Made by a program: the position numbers and the translations under genes. A stretch of DNA of 40,896 nucleotides, taken from contig NC_068989.1 in NCBI RefSeq assembly GCF_001194135.2, positions 85,657,860 to 85,698,755 on the forward strand, given 5' to 3'. Of the stretch, positions 1-33,721 are shown piece after piece. The DNA comes from Octopus bimaculoides (lineage: Eukaryota). Numbering within the stretch: position 1 is the first letter of the stretch; each line of letters begins with the position of its first letter. Under the pieces are notes generated by a model. The model was not told where the DNA came from. It did no database searches and was given only the letters and a program-made list of their open reading frames with translations.

Positions 1-134
1 TATATATATATATATATATATTTTCAATTAGAGGTTAAATTAGTCTCGTTAAGGGATGGTATCATCCAATGAATTACTGGTTTAATACCTAATATTTGTT
101 GTGAATAATAATAATATTCATAAAACAATAGGTT

Positions 135-322
135 TATATATAAATCATGGTTTATAATCATTCAAAAGAAAGTAAGAAAATGGAGATCTAACATTTAATA
201 AAAATTTATTAACTACAGAAGTCAAACCTGTTTGATTTTTGCAGATAATAAATTTTTATTAAATGCTATATCTCCATTTTCTTACTTTCTTTTGGATGAT
301 TATAAGCCATGATATATATATA
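135..322. repeat. About 188-bp near-perfect palindrome (foldback/MITE-like)
   Basis: 135-227 is the reverse complement of 230-322 with about 9 mismatches; (TA)n at both ends. Confidence 0.9.
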
Positions 323-339
323 TACATACATGTGCACAA

Positions 340-748
340 GCATGTGGTAAGAAATTTTTGTGTTCAGTCTCACCGCATGGCATCTTGGACAAATGTTTTC
401 TACTATAACCCCAGGGGCTGATCAAAACATCATGAGTAGATTTGGTAGACAGAAATTGAAAGCCTGTAGTGTATGTGTGTGTTTATACATACATATATAT
501 GTATATGTGTGTGTGTGTATGTGAGACTGTCTCTTTGCTTTGACATCATATGTTAGTTGTAAGTGATTGTCACTATCATGCAAGGGGCATCCTTTGTTTC
601 CAGTCCTCTGATACATGTCTGCACATGAGGAAATATTACCTTACTTGGAAACAGAAAAGGCATCCAGCTGTAGAAAACCTGCCTCAACAAATCCCATCTG
701 GCCCATACTAGCATGGAAAAGCTGACATTAAAACAATGATAATGAGGA
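340..748 (+). mobile_element. tRNA-derived SINE family A with RTE-type 3' tail; similar copies 6283-6670, 10038-10470
   Basis: Shared head (gtggtaag...gttcagtc...cttgggcaagtgtcttctactatagcc), central (TA/TG)n, tail ggcatccagctgtagaaaa...gcatggaaaa...gatgat. Confidence 0.8.
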
Positions 749-898
749 TCAGTCACACAGCTCGGCCCTTATTTAACTATATCTAGGTAAAGTTAGATGG
801 AAACAGTGTAGTGTTGTACCTTACTCTTAATAGTAAACGATTCGCTAATTGTTAAAGGGATTGCTTAATTTAATGAGTTTTGCTTTGTTCTTTTTTAA

Positions 899-22302
<21,404 letters not shown>

Positions 22303-22459
22303 TGAAGACTTTCACATTAGTTTCTTCCACATTCTCTATTTAGTTTACTTTATTCAAAAAGACTTTTTTTTTTTTTGTAAAACAAGCTCTTCTGTTGTTT
22401 AAATTACTTCTGACCAGTTAAGACCTAAAAACCTTATTTCTAAAACATTCTCAGTCAAG

Positions 22460-22788
22460 ATTAAACTCAAGGCCTAACAGTATTGACAAAGTCTGCCAGT
22501 TGGGGGCCCTTTACCAGCAAGCCATTATAAATAACTGCTTTTACTCTTGGTATACCATGGCTCTACAGTCTTCTGCTGTGGCCCTCAGCTGCAGTTCCTC
22601 CTGTGTCACTTAGAATCACCACAGCTTTGTTGATGTTTTTGTCAGCCTTTGTTTAAAAAGCAGGAACTGTCTGGTTGATAACCTGTCAACTTGGACTCAA
22701 TAGTATTATGCTGTTTCAGTTAGTGTATATTTGCTAGAAAGTTTTATTCCATATGTCATTTCTATGAACCCCTGGATATGAATGTATG

Positions 22789-22846
<58 letters not shown>

Positions 22847-23028
22847 CAAATATATTATTGGATATACTTTAATGATTACACTTCGTGACTTATAGGTTCA
22901 TGGTTTTGCATTATGGGACATTTTTTTAACCATTATCAGACAAAGAACAATCTTTTTGTCTGAAGATTGTTTGGAAAATATTCTGTAACCTGAAACTTAT
23001 AACCACAAAAAATATATAAGTATTTCCA

Positions 23029-23063
<35 letters not shown>

Positions 23064-23205
23064 CATACATACACATACATACATACATACACATACATAC
23101 ATACATACACATACATACATACACGCAGACACACAAGTGGTCAGAAAGAAAACTAGTTCTTTTTTACTCAGTTAATACTAAAATGTATTTTCTTTATTTA
23201 ATAAA
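22460..23205 (+). terminator. Candidate NDUFS1 polyadenylation signals (ATTAAA 22460-22465; AATAAA 23200-23205)
   Basis: Hexamers downstream of the stop codon; the second is followed by T-rich DNA. Usage unknown. Confidence 0.3.
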
Positions 23206-25289
23206 AAATATTGTTCTCTAATGTTAATAATAATAATAATAATAATAAAAACAACAGCAACAATGTTTTCTTTAATGAATTTTCTGTTTTTATTTTGTGT
23301 CATTTTTAGTATTTATGTTTTTTATTAGTCGTGGTTGACCAGGCCTGATTGAACAGCCCTTTTGATCAAAGATGTTACACTTCAGTTAAATCCAGTTTGT
23401 ACATGGTACCAACTGGATTTAATTGGAACTAGTGAACTGTGTAGTTCATGTTAGAAATGGCATCTGGCTTATCTAGAAGGGCAGTAAAAACTGATTAGAA
23501 TCCTGATGATTCCTCCAACTCATGCCAGCATCAAAAACAGGATGTGAATGTCAATGACAGCAATGGTGATGTCTGTTTCCTCTGTGATGACCATCAAAAC
23601 ACAGAACATAGGAGTCAGTCTGGGAGACCCTCTATATGGTTGCTGAATTTGCTTGAAATAACGGACAAATCTTCCTCAGACTGTGCTGTACTATTTTTTT
23701 TCTTCTTTAACAGACACACATTGGAATGATTACAGTATGCCAGTGTCACATAGGGAGCCCTGTGCCAGTGTCACATAGGGAGCCCTGTGCCAGTTCCATA
23801 TAAAAGGCACCCATGCCGGTACCATGTATAAATCATCCAGTATACTCTGTAAAGTGGTTGGCATTAGGAAAGACATCCAGCTGTAGAAGCCATGCCAAAA
23901 CAGACGACTAGAGCCTGGTGCAGCTGACCAGCTCCTATCAAACCATCCAACCCATGCCAGCATGGAAAATAGATGTTAAATGATGATAATGTTTGATTAT
24001 GAGTTTGGTGGATCAGTACTGACCTATGGTTAAACAACACTTAAAAGAATTCTCCATACTAAATGGAGAAAGCTTATGTATTAGTATACAAGATGCATTC
24101 CACATAGTGTTTATGGGTAGAGGGGTATATGCATGACATAATAGGGAGTCAGGACTTATGGGTGAGTGACATAATAAAAGTAGAGAAGTTGTGGTAGAAA
24201 ACAAGAAATGTCATCATCATCATCATCATCCTCGTTTAACGTCTGCTTTCCATGCTATCCAATGTATTATGAGAAATGTCATCAGAGTGAATACTGAGTG
24301 GCAAAACAAAATTGATACTCCATCAGTTATGACAAGTGTTGCAGTTGATCAAATCAATGGAACAGCCTGCTTGTGAAATTAACATGCAAGTGGCTGAGCG
24401 TTCTACAGACACATGTACGCTTAATGTAGTTTTCAGGGAGAGTCAACATGACACAGAATGTAACAAGGCCGGTCGTTTGAAATACAGGTACAAATCATTT
24501 TTGCCAACCTTGATGACCATGATTTCCACTACATATCATTGCAATTGCCTGAGTGGGGCAGAGAATTGCGATTGCTCCCAACTATAGAAACTGCACTGTT
24601 GCAAGTGAAGAAAGTATGGAAATGCCAGTGTAACATTTTTGCAGACAGGCATGATATCTTGACCACCACAAATAAAATCAAGCATTTATTTAGTCCTAGG
24701 AGCTTCATGCCTGTTGGGCCTGAAGTCATGACTTGTGTGTGACCCAGTTTTAAACGGGGTGAATTTTCACAGCATTATTGACTCTGTTGTCTTGAATCTT
24801 CTGGGTCCAGTGGCATGACATGGTCAGGATGGCTGGAGATGGGACTGGACTCAGCAGCTGACAGACTTTACAGAGTTCCACAAGAAACCATGTGTGGGGC
24901 TTTGTTCCAATATTCCTTTCAGATTATTTCCTTTATCCTCCTCTTGTTCCTAGCACTCATAAGACAGAGACACTGTTAGTTGGAGATCTGCCAGTGTCAT
25001 AAAACAACAGAATGTTGAATCCGAAGTTCACCATCTCCTTGGTGGTTATTGTGACTTGGACAAGGAATCCATCACTGCCAGTGGTTCTGTTGCATGTTCA
25101 GTCACCAACTCGACCAATTTCTGTGTAAGATAGCCATTGAATTTGTACTGAGTTTGGTCAGCCTTTTGAGCATCTTGCTTTCATCCTGCTGGGTATTCAG
25201 AGCAGACCCTCCTCATTAGGCTAAGCTGATGAAGGTGCTGGTTTAATTGTTGATGATCTGACCTTACAATAGGTTGAACTGGATTGCAT

Positions 25290-25930
25290 GTTACCAGTAA
25301 CACTCACAAGTGACCTGACAATATTTGAAGTTTAGAGACCTTGTAAAATTCCTTGACAGCATCAGATGTAGAGACCTGTGAAGTGTTACAACAATCAAGT
25401 TAGTAATGGAGACTTTATAACATCATGTGACAGTATCTAATGTAGGTTAGTCCACATTACTTTGCAAGGAGCATAGGGCTGGTTTCTCTAGCATATATAT
25501 TCCTGGAATATATATGCCATTCTGTCGTAGGATTACTCCTTTTTAGCAGCTGAGTGAACTGGAACAATGAGAAATGAAGTGTTTTGCTCAAGAACACAGC
25601 ACATCGCCCAGTTCAGGAATTGAAATCACAATCTTATGACAACAAGTCTTATACCCTAACAACTAATCCATGCACCTCCAGACACATTAGGAAAGGAGGC
25701 TTTTTAACATCACATGAGAGTAGTTAATGTAGAGACCTTTTAAGTATCACAAGACATACGTTAATAATGGAAATATGCTAACACCACATGACAATATTTA
25801 ATGTGGACATCTTTGAAGGATACAAGAGATGTTAGTAACAGAGTTTTTGTAACACCTCATGAGAACATCTAATGTAGACACCATTGGAAAGTCACTAGCC
25901 ATACATTAATAAAAGTGACTTTGTAACACA
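25290..25930. repeat. Degenerate about 72-bp tandem repeat interrupted by a SINE
   Basis: aatgtagagacc...gttagtaatgg...aacatcacatga units on both sides of SINE C 25480-25680. Confidence 0.6.
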
Positions 25931-27294
25931 ACATTATTGGTTGTTGTGCAGAATTTTGCAGTGTCATATCACAATTCAAAGTATGTGGTAGCTTTATTTG
26001 TTTCATATAATTACACTAAATTTCTATATTAACTGTAGAAAACTTTGCTATGTCACATGACAAGATGTTAACAGGTTGCTATGATTTATGGAATATTCTG
26101 GCAACACCAAATTAATTGGAACTGCAAGAGCCACTATTTTTCCTGTGTGATCCAATGCATAGGTCATTGTTAGTGGTGTTTAAAATCATTCTTTCTCTTT
26201 GAAATTGGTGTCCAATTCATAGAAGTGAGTAAAGATCTATTAAATTTGATTGGTTGCTTTGGTGAACTCACCAAAGTGAATTAGTACTTTGTTGTATTTA
26301 AAGGTCAACCATCTGTTTCACCCTATCTGCTGCAACTCATTTTAACTCATTTTTCATTTTCATCTGTTAGTGGAAATGAACCTACATTCTAGATCACCCT
26401 CTTCTTATCTCTTTCTCTCTCCTCATATGTATGTATGTGTGTGTGTGTGTTTGTATATGTATGTGTGTGTGTTTGTATATGTACAGATATATGTATGTGT
26501 GTGTGTATATATAGATATGTGTGTGTATATGTATAGATATATATGTGTGTGTGTCATCATCATCATCATCACCATTGTTAACGTTCGCCTTCCATGGGTT
26601 GGACGATTTGACTGAGGACTGGCGAACCAGATGGCTGCACCAGGCTCCAATCTGATCTGGCAGAGTTTCTACAGCTGGATGCCCTTCCTAACGCCAACCA
26701 ATCCGAGAGTGTAGTGGGTACTTTTACATGCCACTGTCACGGGGGCCAGTCAGGTGGTACTGGCAACGACCATGCTCAAAATGGTGTTTTTTACGTGCCA
26801 CCTGCACAGGAGTCAGTCCAGCAGCACTGGCAATGACCTATATTTATATGTATATGTGTGTGTGTGTATATGTATATATACTTTCATTCATATGGCACAT
26901 GTATATCCATGTGTTTGTGTGTCATCATCATTATTATCATTTAACATCCATTTTCCATGCTGGCATGGGTTGGATGGTTTGACCGGGGCTGGTCAGCTGG
27001 AGAGCTACCTGGACTCCATCTCTGTTTTGGCATGGTTTCTATGACTGGATAAACAAAGCTTGAATGTTTAGGGAATAGGAATAATTAAATAGCCCTAAGA
27101 CTTGACCATTTTGTCTCTTAATAAAAGAAGGAATTTTTACTCTCAAAGCAGCTTCTTATTTCAAACTATCAGTTGATTAGTATTGTTATATAATTTTTAC
27201 TGAAACTTTATTGGAATTTTATTGAAATTTCTAACAAAAGAAATTGTAGTGGGGCCTTATTCTGTTGTACTCTTTTCTGTTATTGGTACAAGGT

Positions 27295-27910
27295 CTGAAA
27301 TATTTAGTAGATGGGGTCTAACCAATTAAATTGGCCCCAGTGCTCAGCTGGTACTTATTTTATTAACCCTAAAAGGATCAAAAGCAAAGTTAACTTTGGC
27401 AGAGTTTAAACTTAGAACGTAAAGCTGGAAGAAATGAAGCTAAGCATTTTGTCTGGCTTGTTAACGATTCTTTTCTACTCTAGGCACAAGGCCTGAAATT
27501 TTGGGGGAGGGGGCCACTTGGTTAGATTGACCCCAGTATGCAACTGCTATTTAATTTATCGACCTTCAAAGGATGAAAGGTAGTTGACCTCAGTGGAATT
27601 TGAACTCAGAACATAAAAACAGACGAAATACTGCTAAGCATTTCGCCCGGCATGTTTCTACCAGTTTGCTGTCTTAAATATTTATTTCTTTGCTGCCCAC
27701 AAGGGGCTAAACATAGAGGGGACAAACAAGGACAGACAAAGGGATTAAGTCGATTACATTTACTCTAGTATATAACTGGTACTTATTTAATCGACCCTGA
27801 AAGTATGAAAGGCAAAGTCGACCTCGGCGGAATTTGAACTCAGAACATAAAGAGAGACGAAACACCGCTAAGCATTTCGCCCAGCATGCTAACGTTTCTG
27901 CCAACTCACT
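27295..27910 (-). mobile_element. Three tandem minus-strand SINE family B copies
   Basis: Reverse-complement matches: aaaggcaaagtcgacctcggcggaatttgaactcagaac...ctaagcatttcgcc. Confidence 0.8.
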
Positions 27911-28710
27911 ACCTTTAGCTATTGTGTCAGAGTTGTTCTCCATTCAGCAGTCGTTTAGTGTGTAGTAGAAGTAGTTGTAGTAGGATGAGCTCTGCTGATG
28001 CAATGCATTTAGAAACTGAGGCAATCTGATAAAACAAACCGAAGAATTAACAATACTTCTACTAAAACTATCTGAAGGGGATACGGTTGTAGTTTAGAGG
28101 CACAGGTGCAGTTGTGTCGTAAGAAATTTGCTTTGCCACCACATGGTACCACGTCCAATCCCACTTTTTCTACCGTAGTCTCAGGCCTTGTGTGTGGATT
28201 TGGCTCATGGAAACTGAGAGAAGCCGATCATACATATACGTGTGTGTCTGTGTTTGTCCCCACCACCGCTTGACTACTGGTGTTGATGTGTTTACATCTC
28301 CATAACTTAGCAGTTTGGCAAAAGAGACTGATAGAATAAGCATCAGCCTTAAAAGAAGTCCTGGGGTCAATTCATTCTGCTAAAATTCTTCAAGGCAATG
28401 CTCCAGCATGGCTGAAACAAGTGAATAAAATACTAATTCAAAAAAGTTGCAACAAAGACAACCCATTTAGATGAGTGGGTCACTAAATTAAAAGAAATTA
28501 ACATGCTGGCTCTCAAGCCCCATTTCTTGTTTTGTCCCAGGTCCCCAATATGACATATTAATTAATTTTGATATGAACAGCATAATATTTTATCACTATA
28601 TCACATGTGAAGCAGGGATCATATAGATAGTGTTTTTTTTACCCATAATGCATTGATGGATTGTGTGGATCTTGCAAACATACAGCCATGACACTCCAGT
28701 TGATCATATA

Positions 28711-29200
28711 CAGGGAAGGTGAAAAGTAGGTAGGCATTAAAAATTGGTAATAAAATCCATATTCCTTTTACAAATTTATTGAAACAAATGATACATGTTC
28801 TTTACTACATGGTAAAATAAAAGTAAATCTTCATATTTCAATGTAAGCACCGGTGGCGTCAACCAGTTTCCTCAAATGGCCAGGGATAGAATAAACAACC
28901 TTCTCAAGGACATTGTCTGGGACATCATTGAGAACCTCTTGAATCCGTGTCTCCAAGTCCTCCTGTGTGAAGGTTTTGTCCTGTACACTTCCTCTTTTGT
29001 GTAACCCCACAGGTAAAAATCACATGGAGTGAGATTTGGACTTCTGAACTTCTGCGGTCAGTGTCTTCAGGTTTTAGCTCCTGCACAAAATGGAGTTTCC
29101 ACAGACGAAAATTCAATTCTTTAGGCAACACCATACGTATTGTGTGTCTTGCTAGTCCACTTTCACAAACTGCTTGACGTGTTGATTTTTACAGGCTGTG
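28711..29200 (-). mobile_element. Internally deleted mariner/Tc1-superfamily transposase remnant with one terminus
   Basis: Minus strand: KSTRQAVCESGLARHTIRMVLPKELNFRLWKLHFVQELKPEDTDRR joined to RSPNLTPCDFYLWGYTKEEVYRTK...EDLETRIQEVL...LVDATGAYIEI* (frameshifts); TA-CAGGG terminus at 28709-28715. Confidence 0.75.
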
Positions 29201-29803
29201 ATTAAACGAAAAGTATGAAAAAATTCTTGATTCTGTAATTCGATTATTTGATTACTAGTGCATAAAGTATACAAGCAGCCCTCAAAAAACTTTCTGCGAT
29301 TAAAGTGGCTTGCACTGTAATTCGAGTTGGCCAGGCCTGGATTAGACATTATTTTTTCCACTCGTCAATATCAATGGAGAGCAGGTGAAGTTTAACAAAT
29401 ACAACTCTCCAGCTTTATGGAGATCATAACAAGCAGTTTTATTTCATTGTGATTTTACTCAGCTTGATGGGTTTTCTTCTCAAGCACAGCTTATTTGCCA
29501 AAGGTTTCGGTCATTTGTCATTGTCTCTATGAGGCCCAACACTTGAAAGGTGCTTTTTACATGTCACCGGCACAGGTGCTAGTTATGTGACACCAGCATC
29601 AGCCACATTGCCTCCATGAGGCCCAACACTCAAAAGGTATTGCATATGTACCACTAGCATGGGTGCCAGTTATGTAACACCAACAATGGCCACAACTCTA
29701 GTTTCACTTGGCTTCACAGGTCTTCTCAAGCATGAAAGGTGAGTGATAGTTTAGCACTGCTGTCCCTTTTGTTGACATAGTTCGATGGTTTTTCAACAAT
29801 ACA

Positions 29804-30240
29804 GGCACGGGAGTGGCTGTGTGGTAAGTAGCTTGCTTACCAACCACATAGTTCTGGGTTCAGTCCCACTGCGTGGCATCTTGGGCAAGTGTCTTCTACT
29901 ATAGCCTCGGGCCGACCAAAGCCTTGTGAGTGGATTTGGTAGACGGAAACTGAAAGAAGCCCGTCGTATATGTGTGTATATATATATATATATAAATATA
30001 TATATGTATATGTATGTGTGTATGTGTGTTTGTGTGTCTGTGTTTGTCCTCCCAACATCGCTTGACAACCGATGCTGGTGTGTTTACGTCCCCGTAACTT
30101 AGCGGTTCGGCAAACGAGATCGATAGAATAAGTACTAGGCTTACAAAGAATAAGTCCTGGGGTCGATTTGCTCGACTAAAGGCGGTGCTCCAGCATGGCC
30201 GCAGTCAAATGACTGAAACAAGTAAAAGAGTAAAAGAGTA
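29804..30240 (+). mobile_element. Best-preserved full-length SINE family A copy
   Basis: Box A 29813-29824, box B 29857-29867, central (TA)/(TG), complete tail ending (gtaaaaga)2. Confidence 0.9.
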
Positions 30241-30519
30241 ATACATTTCACTATTCTTTGTGTGCTTTACCTTCCATCAAGAATAATGCTTGCCAGAGTT
30301 GGCGTTACCTTGGTTTTAAAATACCAATTGATTTTAGACACTGTACCAATGGAAACATTCAACAATCCATCAATTTGCCTTATAACATGAAGCATTTTAA
30401 CTTATTTCCAGCATGGAAAACGAATGTTAAATGATGAGGATGATATCTGCAAAAAAGTAAAACAGAAGGCTATATCATGAAGTGCAAGACATATGTAACA
30501 CATATGAATATATATATAC

Positions 30520-30609
30520 ACACGAGAATAGTTTTGAATTTATTATTGCCAATAGGAAAAAAAATTTAAATAAAAAGTGGTGTCTCCATTATTTTGTCCA
30601 ACCCCTGTA
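30520..30609 (+). mobile_element. Orphan terminus of the same Tc1 family (TIR 30579-30607 plus TA)
   Basis: ggtgtctccattattttgtccaacccctg-ta matches the TIR at 21490 in the same orientation, with different internal sequence. Confidence 0.75.
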
Positions 30610-31084
30610 TACACACACACACACACACAAATATATATACATATACATGTGTGTGTATGCATACATGCATGTATGTATACACATAGACACACACACATGC
30701 ATGCACACACACACACACACACACACACAATCATATCTATCTCACTTTTTCTATCCTGCTCTCTGCTTTGCTAAGAACAACCATCCTAACCCGATCACTG
30801 ACACCTTCTTCTGTTTCCAATACCACCACCACCACCGCTGCTGCCACCACTGCCGTCGCCGCCACCACCACCACTATCACCTCTCTACTAAACTACATCA
30901 CCACATCACTGCTACATCACTTCACCACAAAACCTCTATTACACCACTGTGCCACCTTCCCCTGCCTCTTTCTTCAACCACAGTTACCACTAGCATATCA
31001 CCACCACCACCACTACCACATCCCACTCTGTAGAGGTGTTGGTGGTAGTGGCATTAGTGCAGCTGGTAAGGTCAAATGGCTATC

Positions 31085-31264
31085 GACGTCATTTGTCAGA
31101 AGACTATAAATTGAGCGAGATTCCTCATGTCAAATTGCATTTCGATTCACACTTGATGTGAACAATTGCCTCTCGAGACATCTGCTTTGTCTAAACATTC
31201 AAAGAACTTAGAGCATAAACACCACTGAAATTACTGCTTTTTGGTCAAACAACCGGTCAGCAAG
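31085..31264 (+). promoter_or_regulatory. Candidate promoter and non-coding first exon of the peroxidase-like gene
   Basis: GACGTCA 31085-31091, TATAAAT 31105-31111, AAG|gttcgt donor-like site at 31264/31265 followed by T-rich DNA. An upstream exon is implied by the acceptor at 33680. Speculative. Confidence 0.25.
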
Positions 31265-33680
31265 GTTCGTCTCACAAGATCTCTCTCTTCATTTCAGAAG
31301 TCTTTTTGTTATTTTTTCCTTTCAATTTTTGGTGATTTTTTTCTTTCTTTTTATCATTTCTCTTTCTTTTCTATTTTTAAAGTTTACGTTTTCAATTCCT
31401 TTTGTATATATCTCCCTTAAGTATATATCTTCACAAACATTTAAAAGGAAAAGTATAATTAGTTCTGGGCCTCTTTTATTTTCCATATTTTTATTGTTAA
31501 GAAGTTCACGTTACAATCATGCAGCTTTGGCTTCAGTCCAATGCGTGACACGTTGGGCAAGTGTCTTCTCCAACAAAGTCTTCTACTATAAAGCCTTATG
31601 AATGGATTTAATAGATGGAAACTGAAAGAAGCCCATCATACAGGTAAATTTGTGTGTGTGCAATCGTGCAATCATGTGTGTGTGTCTGAAATTGCACATG
31701 CATGTGTGTATCTTGGTGAAAGGTATCAATGACAACAAAAGCTGCAAAAATCAACATTAACGTATGAACTCCCTTGAGACACATCAAGTTAGATACATTC
31801 CCTTTGCACTTTCACTATCAAAAACACAATTAATCTGTGATTGGCCCTTTAGAAACCAGTGAATATTAATACTATTATTCACATTTTGTACTATAGTATG
31901 TCAACGACCAAGTTATACATCGAGACACACAATTATATCTCTAGATACAGTTGTATGGGGATAAGCAAGCTTTTTTGAGTCATGTCCACTTTGACTCTCT
32001 TTTCTTTTTTACATTTGTCCATGACCATCATCATCATCTTTCATCATTCTTTATTGTCCACTTTTTGATGCTTATATGGTTCAGATAGAATTCATTGAGG
32101 GGAATTTTCTGCAGCTGAATGTCTTTCCTAGTGCCAACCCTTGCATGATTCCAAGCAAGGTAATACTGGAAACTAAAAAAACCTTGCTTTTATGATGGTG
32201 CTGTTCATTTACAACCATCACCTGATTTCTAAAGAAGGGTACACCCAAACACATTTGCATACTTACATATATCATATACATATTTATATATACAATAGGC
32301 TTCTTTCAGTTTCCGTCTAGTAAATCCACTCAGAAGACTTTGGTTGGTTTGAGGCTATAGTAGAAGACACTTGCTAAGCAGTGGAACTGAACCTAAGACC
32401 ACANNNNNNNNNNACACACACACACACACACACACACACAAAGGTATGAGAAGTACTGGTATCCAGAAGACTGAAGGTGGCAGGTAAGGTTATGTAAGAG
32501 CCACTTTCTATACCCATCCCTCCACCTTAGTGCCTTTCATACATATTATTCCACCTCCCACTCTTCCCACATATTCATTCCTTACTTTCTTATCTCTTCC
32601 TATCCCTCTCCTACTCCTATCCCATTCCTCTCATATCTTGACCACCGACTACTCTAGAGTTTCTACATGATTGCTTGGTTTGTCTGAAATAGCATCAAGT
32701 CTCCCTCAGATTACTTCTTAAAATAAGGTTACAATGGACATTGTAAACCAAGAATTTGTAAGATGATAAATATTGGTTGGCGCTGGAAGGGTGCCACACA
32801 ATTCCTTACATCAATGTTTGAGGAAAATTAGCAGAACAAGAAAATATCCGAACATAAAAACAATCCATTTATTCTGTATGTACAAAAATGTAGACCTCAG
32901 GACAATCAGTAACCGGGTCTGGTGTGGAAGCAGCAAAGTCAGAGTCGATCATACTCTGTGAAGGCATTCTTCACACTAGTCCAGCTATAACGGAGCTGGT
33001 CAAATACCGAGCTGGTCAAATAACGGTCAGCAGCAGAGGCGAACAGAGAGCGGCTGAGAATACATCCGCCTAGTTCAGGGGCTGTGTCTTGAGTCTGAGA
33101 TACAAGAGAACTCTGCTGCTGCTGGTTTTCTGCACATGCACATCAGGGACCTTTTGGCAGGCCTTCCAGAAGGTTCCAACCCTGTGCATGCGTGCTGGAG
33201 ACCCTCAAAATGACGTCACTACAAATTAAAATTAGATGGATTGGTCATTCATCTACTCATCAGGGTTAATCTGGGGATGAATATTATTAACTACAAAACA
33301 ACAACAATAACAATAGCATCAATGGTGCCACTATTATCTTCAAGCAGTCTAGAAATATCTACAACACTCCTGAACACGATAACATCGATAATGTTGTTGT
33401 TAACTTCAAACCAGTCTTGAGTGAGCTGACAGTTGATCAAAAACACTCCAGCCTGATATTTTCATGTGTTCAGCAAAGCCAGGGCTACATTATTCAATGC
33501 CATTTCTTTCAGACTAGGATTTGACGTGGATTTGGTAAATATTTCTAGCTAGTCAAGATTATTGATGGTGATAATTAAGTTGATGACAATGATAATTAAG
33601 TTGATGATGATTTATGTTGATAATGATGATGATAATTACCAGTCAACTGCTAATTGACCTGCTCTCTCTTCCCCCCACAG

Positions 33681-33721
33681 GATGTTGTTGCCACAGTTGT
33701 TGCTCATATCTACTTTATTTG
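33681..33721 (+). CDS. Peroxidase-like gene, first coding exon (ATG 33682; [13 protein letters not shown], signal-peptide h-region)
   Basis: ctctctcttccccccacag| acceptor and G|gtaagt donor; hydrophobic N-terminus; phase 1 fits the next exon. Confidence 0.75.

Noticed and set aside
29809-29880. tRNA genes
   Set aside because: A/B boxes belong to SINE heads and run into SINE bodies; no complete cloverleaf recognised.
30482-31109. His/Thr-rich ORFs (183 aa and 113 aa)
   Set aside because: Built from (CA)n and (CAC)n microsatellites plus a Tc1 end; no convincing splice or start context, unlike the 40115 exon.
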